The notes beneath the pieces were generated by a model. It ran no database searches. It was not told the DNA's origin and saw nothing but the letters and a program-made list of their open reading frames with translations. From assembly GCA_045545275.1 (NCBI GenBank), contig JAZQAP010000242.1:1-45649 (forward strand): a stretch of 45,649 nucleotides of DNA, read 5' to 3'. Shown piece by piece: positions 36,871 to 45,500 of the stretch (the stretch's first letter is position 1; every line of letters begins with the position of its first letter). Both the position numbers and the translations under genes were made by a program. The DNA is from Thermoguttaceae bacterium. GTDB taxonomy: Bacteria; Planctomycetota; Planctomycetia; Pirellulales; Thermoguttaceae.

Positions 36871-37533
36871 ATGATGATCGCGGATCCCCTTCGGTTGGCT
36901 TGCCCGCGTTGCGGCGCGACCCTTTATCAACGTCAACTTTGGAGCGGCAACACGCTCGGCGCCCGTTATTACTCCGATAGAAAACGCGAAGCGCCGATGC
37001 TTCCGTCGTTTCCGAGTTTCTCAAAGTGTCCGAAATGCGGCGAGCTTTTTTGGGTTCGCGACCTGAAACCGAGCGAAGACCCCGACGCGCCCCAATGGGG
37101 GCCCTCCGAAGCGTACCTCGAATTTCTCGACCTCGAAGACTCGGTTCGCTTTTTGGAAGAGAAAAACGAGACCGGCGTTTCGGAATTTAATGTCCGAACG
37201 CAAATTTGGCGGCTTTACAACGACCGGATTCGATACCGCGTCGATAAAAGAACGCGCGCCGAAAACGAAGCCGCGCTTTGGGAAAGCGACGCCGATAAAG
37301 AACGTTGGCGAAAGAATTTGGAGCGAATCGGCGAGTTGACGAAGGAAATCGCCCCCGACGACGCGACTTTTCAAGCCGAAATCGCGCGGGAACTCGGACG
37401 CTTCGACGACGCGGTCGCGATTCTCGACGAAGCCGGAAAAACGGGCGACCCGGAAGGGAACTACGAAGCGCGCGTCGTCGCGAAGATTCGCGAAAAATGC
37501 GCGGCGAGCGACCCGTTTGTTTTCCAAGGTTAG
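36871..37533 (+). CDS. Hypothetical zinc-ribbon (CxxC...CxxC) protein with helical C-terminal domain
   Basis: The ATG at 36871 is preceded by gaggagg. The track ORF start at 36712 is a TTG inside the predicted promoter and adds Arg-rich residues. CPRCG...(44 aa)...CPKCG forms a four-Cys ribbon. The C-terminal half is helical and charged (WRKNLERIGELTKEIAPDDATFQAEIARELGRFDDAVAILDEA). I recognise no family. Confidence 0.7.
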   Translation: MMIADPLRLACPRCGATLYQRQLWSGNTLGARYYSDRKREAPMLPSFPSFSKCPKCGELFWVRDLKPSEDPDAPQWGPSEAYLEFLDLEDSVRFLEEKNETGVSEFNVRTQIWRLYNDRIRYRVDKRTRAENEAALWESDADKERWRKNLERIGELTKEIAPDDATFQAEIARELGRFDDAVAILDEAGKTGDPEGNYEARVVAKIREKCAASDPFVFQG

Positions 37534-37596
37534 AGCGTCGCGCGAACGTCGTTTCGTTAAGGCGGCGTTCGCGCGTCGGCGTCCGTCGCCGCTAAG

Positions 37597-37901
37597 TTTC
37601 GACGGGGCGACGCAACGTTGGGGGCGATTCTTTTCCGTCGCGTCGCGCTTGGCTTCGGCGGCGCGACGTAAAGTTTGACGCGGTTTTGTTCGCCGCGTCG
37701 CGTTTTGACGGCGTTTCGGCGTTTACCGCGCGTCGCGGACGAGACCGGGGAAAGACGTTGAAGTCGAGCGGTTCGAAGAGCCCCGCTTTCAAGCGTTCGA
37801 GCGCGACCGCGCCCTTTGCCGCGTTGGTCGGCGCTAGCTTCGGCGGGGCGACGTAAAGCTGGAAGCGGTTCTTTTCGCCGCGTCGCGTTTGACGCCGCCG
37901 T
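37597..37901 (-). pseudogene. Decaying tandem copies of the tsaD 3' end (non-functional)
   Basis: Copy B (37723-37901) repeats the last ~53 codons of tsaD plus a linker at a 178-179 nt offset. Its translation KNRFQLYVAPPKLAPTNAAKGAVALERLKAGLFEPLDFNVFP matches the real C-terminus at 31 of 42 positions and then shifts frame. Two further ~50-nt sub-unit copies (cttcggcgg.gcgacgtaaag...ttcgccgcgtcgcg) lie at 37653-37702 and 37597-37647. Confidence 0.8.
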
Positions 37902-38930
37902 TTACTGCGCGTCGCGGACGAGGCCGGGGAAAATGTCGAGGTCAAGCGGTTCGAAGAGCCCGGCTTTAAAGCGTTCGATCGCGACCGCGCCCATCACCGC
38001 GTTGTCGGTGCAGAGCTTCGGCGGGGCGACGTAAAGTTTGAAGCGGTTCTTTTTCGCCGCGTCCTCCATCTTCTCGCGGAAACGAGCGTTCGCCGCGACG
38101 CCGCCGCCGACGCAAAGCGTTTTCATTCCGCATTTTTTCAGCGCTTGAACCGACTTGCCGACCAAACAGTCGACGACCGCCTCTTGGAACGACGCGGCGA
38201 CGTCGGCGCGCTCTTGTTCCGAAATTTGCGTCGTCGAAAAATCGACCTTGCCGACCCCGGCGAGCTTGTATCGCACCGCCGTTTTGAGACCGCTGAAGCT
38301 GAACTGCAGACGCTCCGGGTCGTTCAACATCGGGCGCGGGAACGGAAACGCTTTCGGATTCCCGCGTTCCGCCGCCTTTTGAATACTCGGGCCGCCCGGG
38401 TAAGGCAAGCCCAACATCGACGCGACCTTGTCGAACGCTTCCCCGGCGGCGTCGTCGATCGTCGTCCCGAGCGGTTCGAAGTCGATCGGCCCGGCGCAGC
38501 GGTAAAGGCTCGAGTGCCCGCCGCTAACGATTAGCCCGACGCAGGGGAAGAGGTCTTCGTCGAACGCGACCCGGCAAGCGTAAATGTGCGCCTGCAAATG
38601 GTTAATGGCGATCAACGGCTTGTTCGCCGCGACGCAAAGCGCCTTGGCCGCCGTCAAACCGATGAGAAGCGAACCGGCCAAACCCGGCGCGTTGACGACC
38701 GCGATCGCGTCGAGATCGTCGAGCGTCGTTTCCGCTTGCGCCAACGCGTCCGAAACGACCGGCAAAATCGCTTCCAAGTGATTGCGCGACGCGATTTCCG
38801 GAACGACGCCGCCGAAACGTTGGTGAACGTCGATTTGCGACGCGAGCGAAGCGCCCAAGACTTGGCGGCGGTCGTCGACGACGGCGGCGGCGGTTTCGTC
38901 GCAACTCGATTCGATCGTTAAAATTTTCAT
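37902..38930 (-). CDS. tsaD: tRNA N6-adenosine threonylcarbamoyltransferase
   Basis: The product has MKILTIESSCDETAAAVV and INHLQAHIYA (metal-binding His pair). It reads as a TsaD/Kae1 fold along its full length, with GGGVAAN near the C-terminus. Confidence 0.95.
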   Translation of the reverse strand: MKILTIESSCDETAAAVVDDRRQVLGASLASQIDVHQRFGGVVPEIASRNHLEAILPVVSDALAQAETTLDDLDAIAVVNAPGLAGSLLIGLTAAKALCVAANKPLIAINHLQAHIYACRVAFDEDLFPCVGLIVSGGHSSLYRCAGPIDFEPLGTTIDDAAGEAFDKVASMLGLPYPGGPSIQKAAERGNPKAFPFPRPMLNDPERLQFSFSGLKTAVRYKLAGVGKVDFSTTQISEQERADVAASFQEAVVDCLVGKSVQALKKCGMKTLCVGGGVAANARFREKMEDAAKKNRFKLYVAPPKLCTDNAVMGAVAIERFKAGLFEPLDLDIFPGLVRDAQ

Positions 38931-39061
38931 CTTTGACCCGTTTTTTGGTTGGGCGGCGTCGTTTTTTGACGCTCGACGCTTTTTCGATTCGATAAAAATG
39001 AGGGGAACGGCGCGGAAGTCGGCGACGCGAGCGCGACGGTTCGAGCGGTTCCGCTCCCTTT

Positions 39062-39089
39062 ATTATCCGGCGTCGAGCGATTTTGTCAA
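39062..39089 (-). promoter_or_regulatory. Sigma70-type promoter of tsaD
   Basis: The minus strand reads TTGACA-16 nt-GATAAT. It lies about 125 nt upstream of the tsaD ATG and begins 11 nt after the stop of the upstream glycosidase gene. Confidence 0.6.
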
Positions 39090-39099
39090 GATTCGCGGC

Positions 39100-40239
39100 T
39101 TATTTCGCTTCTTCTCCGTTTTCGACCGCTTTTTTCGCTTTTTCGGCCTTTTTTTGCGCCTCTTCTTCCGCTTTTTCGGCGGCGCGCTTCATTTTCTTTT
39201 CGAACCGTTCGCGAACGCTCGGCGCGAGGTTGGCCGCTCGAACGCCGATCGCGTTGGCGTTGTTGCGCAAGTTGCGCGGGACGCCGGAGTTGGCCGGACT
39301 GTTGAGGATTTGCGACAAACCGTCGAGACCGCGGCAAACGAGCGTCGTCGAGCCGCCGCCGTCGAGATTGAGCCCTTCGGACGCGCCGAAATATTTCAGC
39401 GTTTCGCCGACTTCGGTTAGCGTCGCGCCGACGCTGTGTTTCGGTTGGCGACCGTCGACGATCAGGAAGTAGACGTAACGTCCGTCGGCGGAAATCCCGA
39501 CGGCGGTGCGCGGGTGCCGGTCTTTGTTCTTAATTTCCGGAACGGCGCCGCCGGTCAAAACGACTTGACTTCCGGCGACGCCCGCTTGAATCTTTTTGAC
39601 TTCGTCGTCGGAGATATTCGGGTCGAGGTTGCAAATTTTCGCCGTTTTATCTTTGTAAACGACGAACGCCGGGCGGTTCGGCTCCGGTTTCGAGACGAGG
39701 ACGCCGTCGTTGGCGCCGAAGCCGAGAAGGTTCGAATCGCCTTGGGTGCGAATCGTTTCGGCGTTGAACGGATTGTAAAAGTTGGCGTTAACGGCGACGG
39801 CGAGCTTGTTTTCGTCGAGGAAATCGGCGGTCGTTTGGCGCCAAGTTTCGCGTTTTTCCGGTTCGTAATTCTTGTTGCGCCCGGTCGCGACGAACTCGAT
39901 TCCGCGCGCTTGGAGGTCGATTTTGACGACTTGCCATTTGTTGAGAACCGGCGTTTCGACGAAGAGTTGCGAATACTCGACGCCGCGATAGAGCGGAGCC
40001 CAAACGACGCCGGAGTCGCTCGGCTCGTCGGCGCGAACGGCGACGGGCGTGAAATCGGCGAGCGTCGCGATTCGACCGTTTGCGTTAAACGACGCGTTTT
40101 GCGCCAGTTGGGCGACCTGCGTAAAATCGGCGAGCCCGACGACCGCGACGGCGGCCAAAAGCGCCGCGCTCAACCGAAGGGAACGAAACGGGCGTTGCGA
40201 GCGAGTCGACGAAAACGAGAACGGGGCGAACTTTTTCAT
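39100..40239 (-). CDS. Phosphodiester glycosidase family protein (NAGPA/DUF2233 domain), exported
   Basis: The product has an N-terminal signal/anchor. AVAVNANFYNP and GLNLDGGGSTTLV are hallmarks of the phosphodiester glycosidase domain. An unusual Lys/Glu-rich C-terminal tail is present (EKKMKRAAEKAEEEAQKKAEKAKKAVENGEEAK). Confidence 0.85.
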   Translation of the reverse strand: MKKFAPFSFSSTRSQRPFRSLRLSAALLAAVAVVGLADFTQVAQLAQNASFNANGRIATLADFTPVAVRADEPSDSGVVWAPLYRGVEYSQLFVETPVLNKWQVVKIDLQARGIEFVATGRNKNYEPEKRETWRQTTADFLDENKLAVAVNANFYNPFNAETIRTQGDSNLLGFGANDGVLVSKPEPNRPAFVVYKDKTAKICNLDPNISDDEVKKIQAGVAGSQVVLTGGAVPEIKNKDRHPRTAVGISADGRYVYFLIVDGRQPKHSVGATLTEVGETLKYFGASEGLNLDGGGSTTLVCRGLDGLSQILNSPANSGVPRNLRNNANAIGVRAANLAPSVRERFEKKMKRAAEKAEEEAQKKAEKAKKAVENGEEAK

Positions 40240-40399
40240 AGGGAAATCTCCTTAAAACGGACGTAAGTTGTCGCGAAAAATTTTTGGGAAAATTATGTAG
40301 CTTTTAAAAAAATGTCGTCTTCTATGGGCGAAGGGCGCAATTTTTTAACGTTTTTCTTAAGTGCGACAACGTTCAAGGCGCGGTGCGCTTTTGATCTTA

Positions 40400-40428
40400 A
40401 TTATAACAGAATGCGCGCCGATTGTAAA
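40400..40428 (-). promoter_or_regulatory. Extended -10 sigma70-type promoter of the phosphodiester glycosidase gene
   Basis: The minus strand reads TTTACA-17 nt (ending in TGT)-TATAAT. It lies about 155 nt upstream of the ATG at 40239. Confidence 0.5.
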
Positions 40429-40504
40429 CGTTTTTATCGAATGAGGAGACGACGAAGAAAATCGAAAACGAATAAAATTTAAACGCTGATTTTTCGTGTT
40501 TTTA

Positions 40505-40533
40505 TTGAATTATCACGCGGCACGTCGTATAAT
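40505..40533 (+). promoter_or_regulatory. Near-consensus sigma70-type promoter of the 605-aa orphan gene
   Basis: The plus strand reads TTGAAT (40505-40510), a 17-nt spacer, then TATAAT (40528-40533). It lies about 95 nt upstream of the ATG at 40630, which is preceded by gagga. Confidence 0.6.
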
Positions 40534-40629
40534 GAAAAAAATCAGGCGCGATCACGCAAGCCAAGATGGACGTTTGCGCGTTCCGTTATGTTTTTACATC
40601 CTAATATATAAAAATGGGCGAGGACTAAA

Positions 40630-42447
40630 ATGAACGAAGACGATCTCCGCATGCTTATTATAAATGGTGAAGCTAGAAGCTGGTATGCGAAAAATATAGC
40701 AAATCGGTACGGTTGGTTACACGACTGGGACGATGAAAAGTGGGCGCTAAGCCAATACCAATTTTTTCTTAAGTTCTTACAGGTCTTTGATATAGAAACT
40801 CGTCGCGCTTATTTTGAGTTTATGCGAAATCCTGAAAAACGCCAAGAATACGGCGCCGAGAATGTCGCCGACGGCGATCTCGATAACGCGTTTTTTAAAA
40901 GATGGTGGAGGCGTATGAGTTATGAGCGAGGTTCAAAATACTTCGCGAGTAAAGCCGCCGCCGTCTATTTTGCATTTAACGATGATTTGCGGCGCTGGTA
41001 TCAAGACGTGTGGCTTGCCTCTGAATACTCGTATTGTTCAGAACGCGACGACGTCTTTCTTGCTACGATTCTGGCCGATATAAATCTCCGCGTCAAAACT
41101 CCAGAAGTAGTACAAATGTCTTTTAAATCTTGGGTTATGCCGCTCGTTGGAACGTTGGATTTCTGTAAGGCTAAACGATTCGGCTATAACGTCGAGGAGT
41201 TTGCCGGCGACGTTTACCAGCGAATATGTGGACGCGAGGGGCGGAGAAAATTCTTTGCGAACGGCGTCGATTATTGGCTCAAAGAACGCCCTACCGCTAC
41301 GTTAGGCGACTGGTTTACCTTAGAAGCCACTCGAGTGATCTATCGGTTCACAAAACGACAACAGCGCAAAGGCGAGTGTTTATTGGGGGACAACGAAAAG
41401 TGTGTTGGCGCTAACACGGCAAACTTTGACAAAAACGAAATGACGTTTGTAGATTTGCAAACGCTTTTCGACGATTTTTTTAAGGAGGCTCCGGCGGAGG
41501 CGGCGCTATTAGCTTCATATTTCTCCGGCGCTACTTCGTATAATATGCTTGCGAGTTTTTGGAACTACGGACAGGACAAGAAGGTCGCAGGAGCTTCGCT
41601 CGGTCAGCATTGTCGACGAATTTTCAAAGCTTGGCGAAGCGTGGTAGAAAAAAAACTCGCTCTTGGAACAATTCCTAAAGAAGCTTGGAAGGAAGTGTTT
41701 AGCGAGCTTAGAAAGGATGCGCGGGAGGACGACCAAAAGACGACGAAAAAGAAAAAAGAGCAAAATTTAAGAGGGGGGCCGAAAAGTAAAAATTGGCGGA
41801 AAAATATCCGTTTTGTAACGGAGCCGACCAAAGATGACGCGAGGCTTTGCGAATGTTGGCTTGAAAACCAACGCATTGAAGAGTCCGGCAGTTTCGCGCG
41901 GCTTTACGAAGAGAAAACGCAACGAATAGGGATTACCCCGCTGATTCAAGGTTCGGGATTGCAAAAGGAAACGCCTTGCGTTGTTCCGCGTCAAAATTCG
42001 CTCATATCTAGCGGTTCGCCAAATTTGATTCCTGTTGCGGAAATTGTCAGGCGCTATTGGCGCAATAAATACGCCGCCAACTACTCGGCGACATTTTACT
42101 ACGAATCTGCGACGGAAAAGCCCGGATCGTTGGCTTACTGGCGGGCGATGGCGAGAGCTCCGCTCTTTGCCGAACCGGACGCGGAGATCGCTTTTGTAAT
42201 CAGCGGGTATGATAAGTTGTATAGTTGGCCTAGCGAAGTGCGACTGGGAGAAATAAAAGCGCCGGTGGTGCACGGCGTCGCATTGTTTCGTCTTGATGAA
42301 TTTCGTGCGGAAATTGAGGGAAATACGCCGGTTGTTACAATGGTGTTGCGGAGTGTAGAAAATAGGCGTGAGACGCGTTGGCACGTCAAGCGCGAAAGCG
42401 CTGGTAAATTATTGTTGCAAAAACCGGTTCTTCCGGACGACGAGTAA
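40630..42447 (+). CDS. Orphan 605-aa protein in an AT-richer island; central region weakly resembles sigma-70/ECF regions 2 and 4
   Basis: An uninterrupted 1.8-kb ORF in comparatively AT-rich DNA argues strongly for real coding sequence, and it has an RBS and its own promoter. Codon usage is atypical for this window (AGA/AGG, TCT, GCT, CCA, GTA, ATA). The function call is an inference only: NVEEFAGDVYQRIC...TLGDWFTLEATRVIYRFTKRQQRK looks region-2-like, and APAEAALLASYFSGATSYNMLA...LGQHCRRIFKAWRSVVEKKL looks region-4-like. Confidence 0.8.
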   Translation: MNEDDLRMLIINGEARSWYAKNIANRYGWLHDWDDEKWALSQYQFFLKFLQVFDIETRRAYFEFMRNPEKRQEYGAENVADGDLDNAFFKRWWRRMSYERGSKYFASKAAAVYFAFNDDLRRWYQDVWLASEYSYCSERDDVFLATILADINLRVKTPEVVQMSFKSWVMPLVGTLDFCKAKRFGYNVEEFAGDVYQRICGREGRRKFFANGVDYWLKERPTATLGDWFTLEATRVIYRFTKRQQRKGECLLGDNEKCVGANTANFDKNEMTFVDLQTLFDDFFKEAPAEAALLASYFSGATSYNMLASFWNYGQDKKVAGASLGQHCRRIFKAWRSVVEKKLALGTIPKEAWKEVFSELRKDAREDDQKTTKKKKEQNLRGGPKSKNWRKNIRFVTEPTKDDARLCECWLENQRIEESGSFARLYEEKTQRIGITPLIQGSGLQKETPCVVPRQNSLISSGSPNLIPVAEIVRRYWRNKYAANYSATFYYESATEKPGSLAYWRAMARAPLFAEPDAEIAFVISGYDKLYSWPSEVRLGEIKAPVVHGVALFRLDEFRAEIEGNTPVVTMVLRSVENRRETRWHVKRESAGKLLLQKPVLPDDE

Positions 42448-42539
42448 AGGCAAAGCGGCGGTTCGGCGCGTCGGTTAATTTGCGTTGGCGATTTGGGGCC
42501 GTTTGTTGCGGCGACGTTAAGCGACTGCTTTTGAGTAGT

Positions 42540-45500
42540 TTAATTTGCGAACGTTAGGAATCCGAAGGCGTCGCGGGCGCGGTTCGAGTTTTCGGCGTTC
42601 CAGCACTCGACGCCGACGCCGGGGACGATTCGGCGCGCTTCGAAACGCCAAACGTCGCCGCTTTTCGGAGGCCGCGCCGCCAACGCTTCGAACGGTATCG
42701 CGATTTCCAGCGTCCAGTCGGCGTTCGTTTCGTTTTTCGCGACGAAAACGCCCGGGTTCCAAGTTTTATCGCCGAAAAGTTCGTCCGACGCCCAGCCGCG
42801 GCAGTCGAACGCGAACTCGAACGCCGTCGCGTAGTCGCCGTCCAAATCGATTCGAAACTCGACGCGATCCGACGCCGAAAGGTCGCCGTCGCGCGGTCGC
42901 GGCGGCTCCGGGTTTTCCGGGTCGACCGCCGGATAGCGGAACGACGCCGATTTCGGGCAAACGACGCCGACGTATAAAAAGCGGTCGTCGCAAAGGAGCG
43001 AAACTTGCGTTCCCAACTCCGTCGACGCGGCGCGGTTCTCCGCTTTCCAGTCGCGAAGCGCGGCTTCGGCGGCGGTTAATTCGCGATTCGGCGGGAGCTC
43101 TCGGAGAGACGACGTCAACGGAAAACGCGCGGCGGCGTCCCAAACGGTCGGTTCGAAAACGCCGTCGAGATAAGGGCGACCCGGCGAACGTCGGCAAACG
43201 GCGGTCGCGAACGGACAACCGTTTTCGCCGTTCGGAAGAACCGAGCGCTCCGGCGTCGCGAGCCAATATTCCGCTTGCGCCCGCGCGCCCCAAAGACTCG
43301 CTCGGTCGGCGATCGAGCGGTTCCAATAATAACGGAGCGCGCCCGCGACGTCGCCGCGCGCCCGTTGCGCCGCCGCCAACGGAAAGCGAACTTGCGGCGA
43401 CATAAAGGTTTCCGGCGCGACCGCGCGGAGCGTTTCGCCGAGGTTCGCCGCGTTCGTCAACCGGGGCCCGAGCGTCGCCGACGGGTCGAGCGCAAGGGAC
43501 GAGCGCGAACCGGGCGTCAAACCTAAAACGGCGGAGTCCGGCGTTTCCGGGATAAAAGTCGGGTTCGACGAGACCGGCTCGTCGGACGTTTCGGAAGCGG
43601 AGGAAACGTTCGAAGCGGAGCCGCCGGAGCGCGCGTCGACCAAACCGCCGCCCGCGCCGCCGTTTCCGCCGCTAAAAACGCCGCCGATCAAACCGCTTCC
43701 GCCGGACGCCGTCGTCGCGTCGAGATCGGGCGCGTTCGGAACGCCGACGTTCGTTTCGTTGAAGCGGTTCGTCTCCTGAACGCGCCAAGCCGGTTCCGAA
43801 CCGCAATAATATTGGACGAGCCAAGTCAACGCGTCGCGAGCTTTAGGTTCCGCCGCTAAGTCGAGCGCGACGACCGAAAACGCCTCCTCCGCCGCGAGCC
43901 AATTCCCGAGCGTCGCGAAGTTTCGCCCGGCTTGCGTCAAGTAATCGATCGCGAAATCGACGTCGGCGCCGCGCGTTTCGGTTCGCAGTTGCGCGAGCAA
44001 AAGTTCGCCGCTTTTCCTGTTTTTCGCATTTTGACGCGTCAACGCGTCGACGAGGCCGAGTTTTTGCCGTCGAACCGCCGCTCGTTCGCTCAACGCGTCG
44101 ATTTGTCCGCTCAAGCCGACTTGCGCCGCCCGCCGCGCTTCGCTTCCCCGAGGAATCGAAACGCCGCCGAAAAAGCTCGCGTTCGCCGCGCCGCCGTCGG
44201 TCGCGTTCGACCCGCCGAAAAGCGTTTGAAAGTTCGTCGTTTCGGCGATTTTAACGTCGGCGCCGAGGATTTCGCGAGCGTTTTTCGCAATTTCGCCGAC
44301 CGGGCGCCCTAAGGTTCCGCAAAAGTAAGACGCGTCTAATAGAACGTTCCCTTGCTTCTTGCCTTTGCAAGCGAGCGTCGCTTTTGAAACGCGCCAAGGA
44401 TCGAGACCGCAAGCGGTTAGGTGTTCCGGGTAAGCGGTCGGGTCGGCGGCGGCTTGAATCGCGCCGGGGAGGGAGCGCCAAATCAGCGTTCGAAACGGGT
44501 CGCTCGGGCGGTCGTCGAGGCGGTTTGCGTCGGCGGAAAGCGCGCCGAGGAGCGCGGCGGCGGAACCGGGCTGGGAAAAGTCGCCGTTCGCCGCGTTCGC
44601 GGTCGACGAAGAGGCGGAGAAATTGGCGACGACTTCCGGCGCGTCGAGGAGCGGGTCGGCGGTCAAAACGACGCTCGGACGCCAAATCCGAATTTGGCGA
44701 ACGAGGTATTCTCGGAAACGTTCGAGCCCGTCGCCGTCGTTTTCGCGGTCGAAACGCGCCAAAATTTGTTCGAGCGTCGCGCCGTTTTCCGCCGGGTCGA
44801 GCGAAAAGAGCCCGGCTTGCGTCGCGCCGGAAGCGCCGGTTTCGACGACCGCTTCGTTAAGGCGTTCGACGAGCGGGATTTCGGCGCCGGTTCGCTCCGT
44901 TTCGTCGGAACGGGCGGTTAAGCAGATTTCCGTCAAAAAGCCTTCGTCGCCGGCCAACTGTACGAGCGCTTCGAACGGAACGTCGTCGGCGCGACCGAAA
45001 ACGCCGAGAAGCGCGACGCGTCGGCCTCCGTCTCGTTGGCGCGTCCAAGTTCGTCCGCCGTCTTTCGTCGCGAGAATCGTTCCGAACTCGCCGACCGCCC
45101 AACCGTTTAACCGGTTAAGAAAAAAGAGTTTGCGAAGCGGCGCCCGCGTTTCGGTGCGCGACGCGGCCCAAGTCGCGCCGCCGTCGTTCGAGTAAAAGAA
45201 GAGCGAGCCGGGCGAACCGACCGCGCCGACGAACCCGTCGATCGCCGCGACCGATTTGAGGTCGAAATAGCGGCCCGCGTCGTTCGGAAAGGCGCCGGGA
45301 ACGCGGGCCCAGTCGGCTCCAAAGTTGAGCGAGCGCGTCGCGAGCCCGCTTTCGCCGACCGCCCAAACGGTTCCGGACGCCGCGTCGAAAACGACGTCGT
45401 CGAGCCGCCGCGCGCCGAACGGGAGCGATTTTTTTTCCGCTTTTTCGCCGGAAACGGTTTGAAGCGCGCCGTCGGTCGAAACGCCGACGCCGAGTTTTTG

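Noticed and set aside
37592-37945. A 117-aa ORF downstream of and overlapping the tsaD stop.
   Set aside because: Its only protein-like stretch is the duplicated TsaD C-terminus (copy B). The rest is Arg-rich read-through. I classify it as a pseudogene or repeat, not a gene.
37597-38066. The tsaD 3'-end repeats as a diversity-generating retroelement TR/VR pair.
   Set aside because: Mismatches between the copies are not restricted to adenine positions; T>C, G>A and indels are seen. No reverse transcriptase gene is nearby, and tsaD is a housekeeping enzyme.
40313-40486. A 57-codon ORF (MSSSMGEGRNFLTFF...RMRRRRRKSKTNKI) in the AT-rich spacer.
   Set aside because: It has no convincing RBS. It overlaps the predicted minus-strand promoter at 40400-40428 and has a poly-Arg tail typical of chance frames. 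Only conservation analysis could rescue it.
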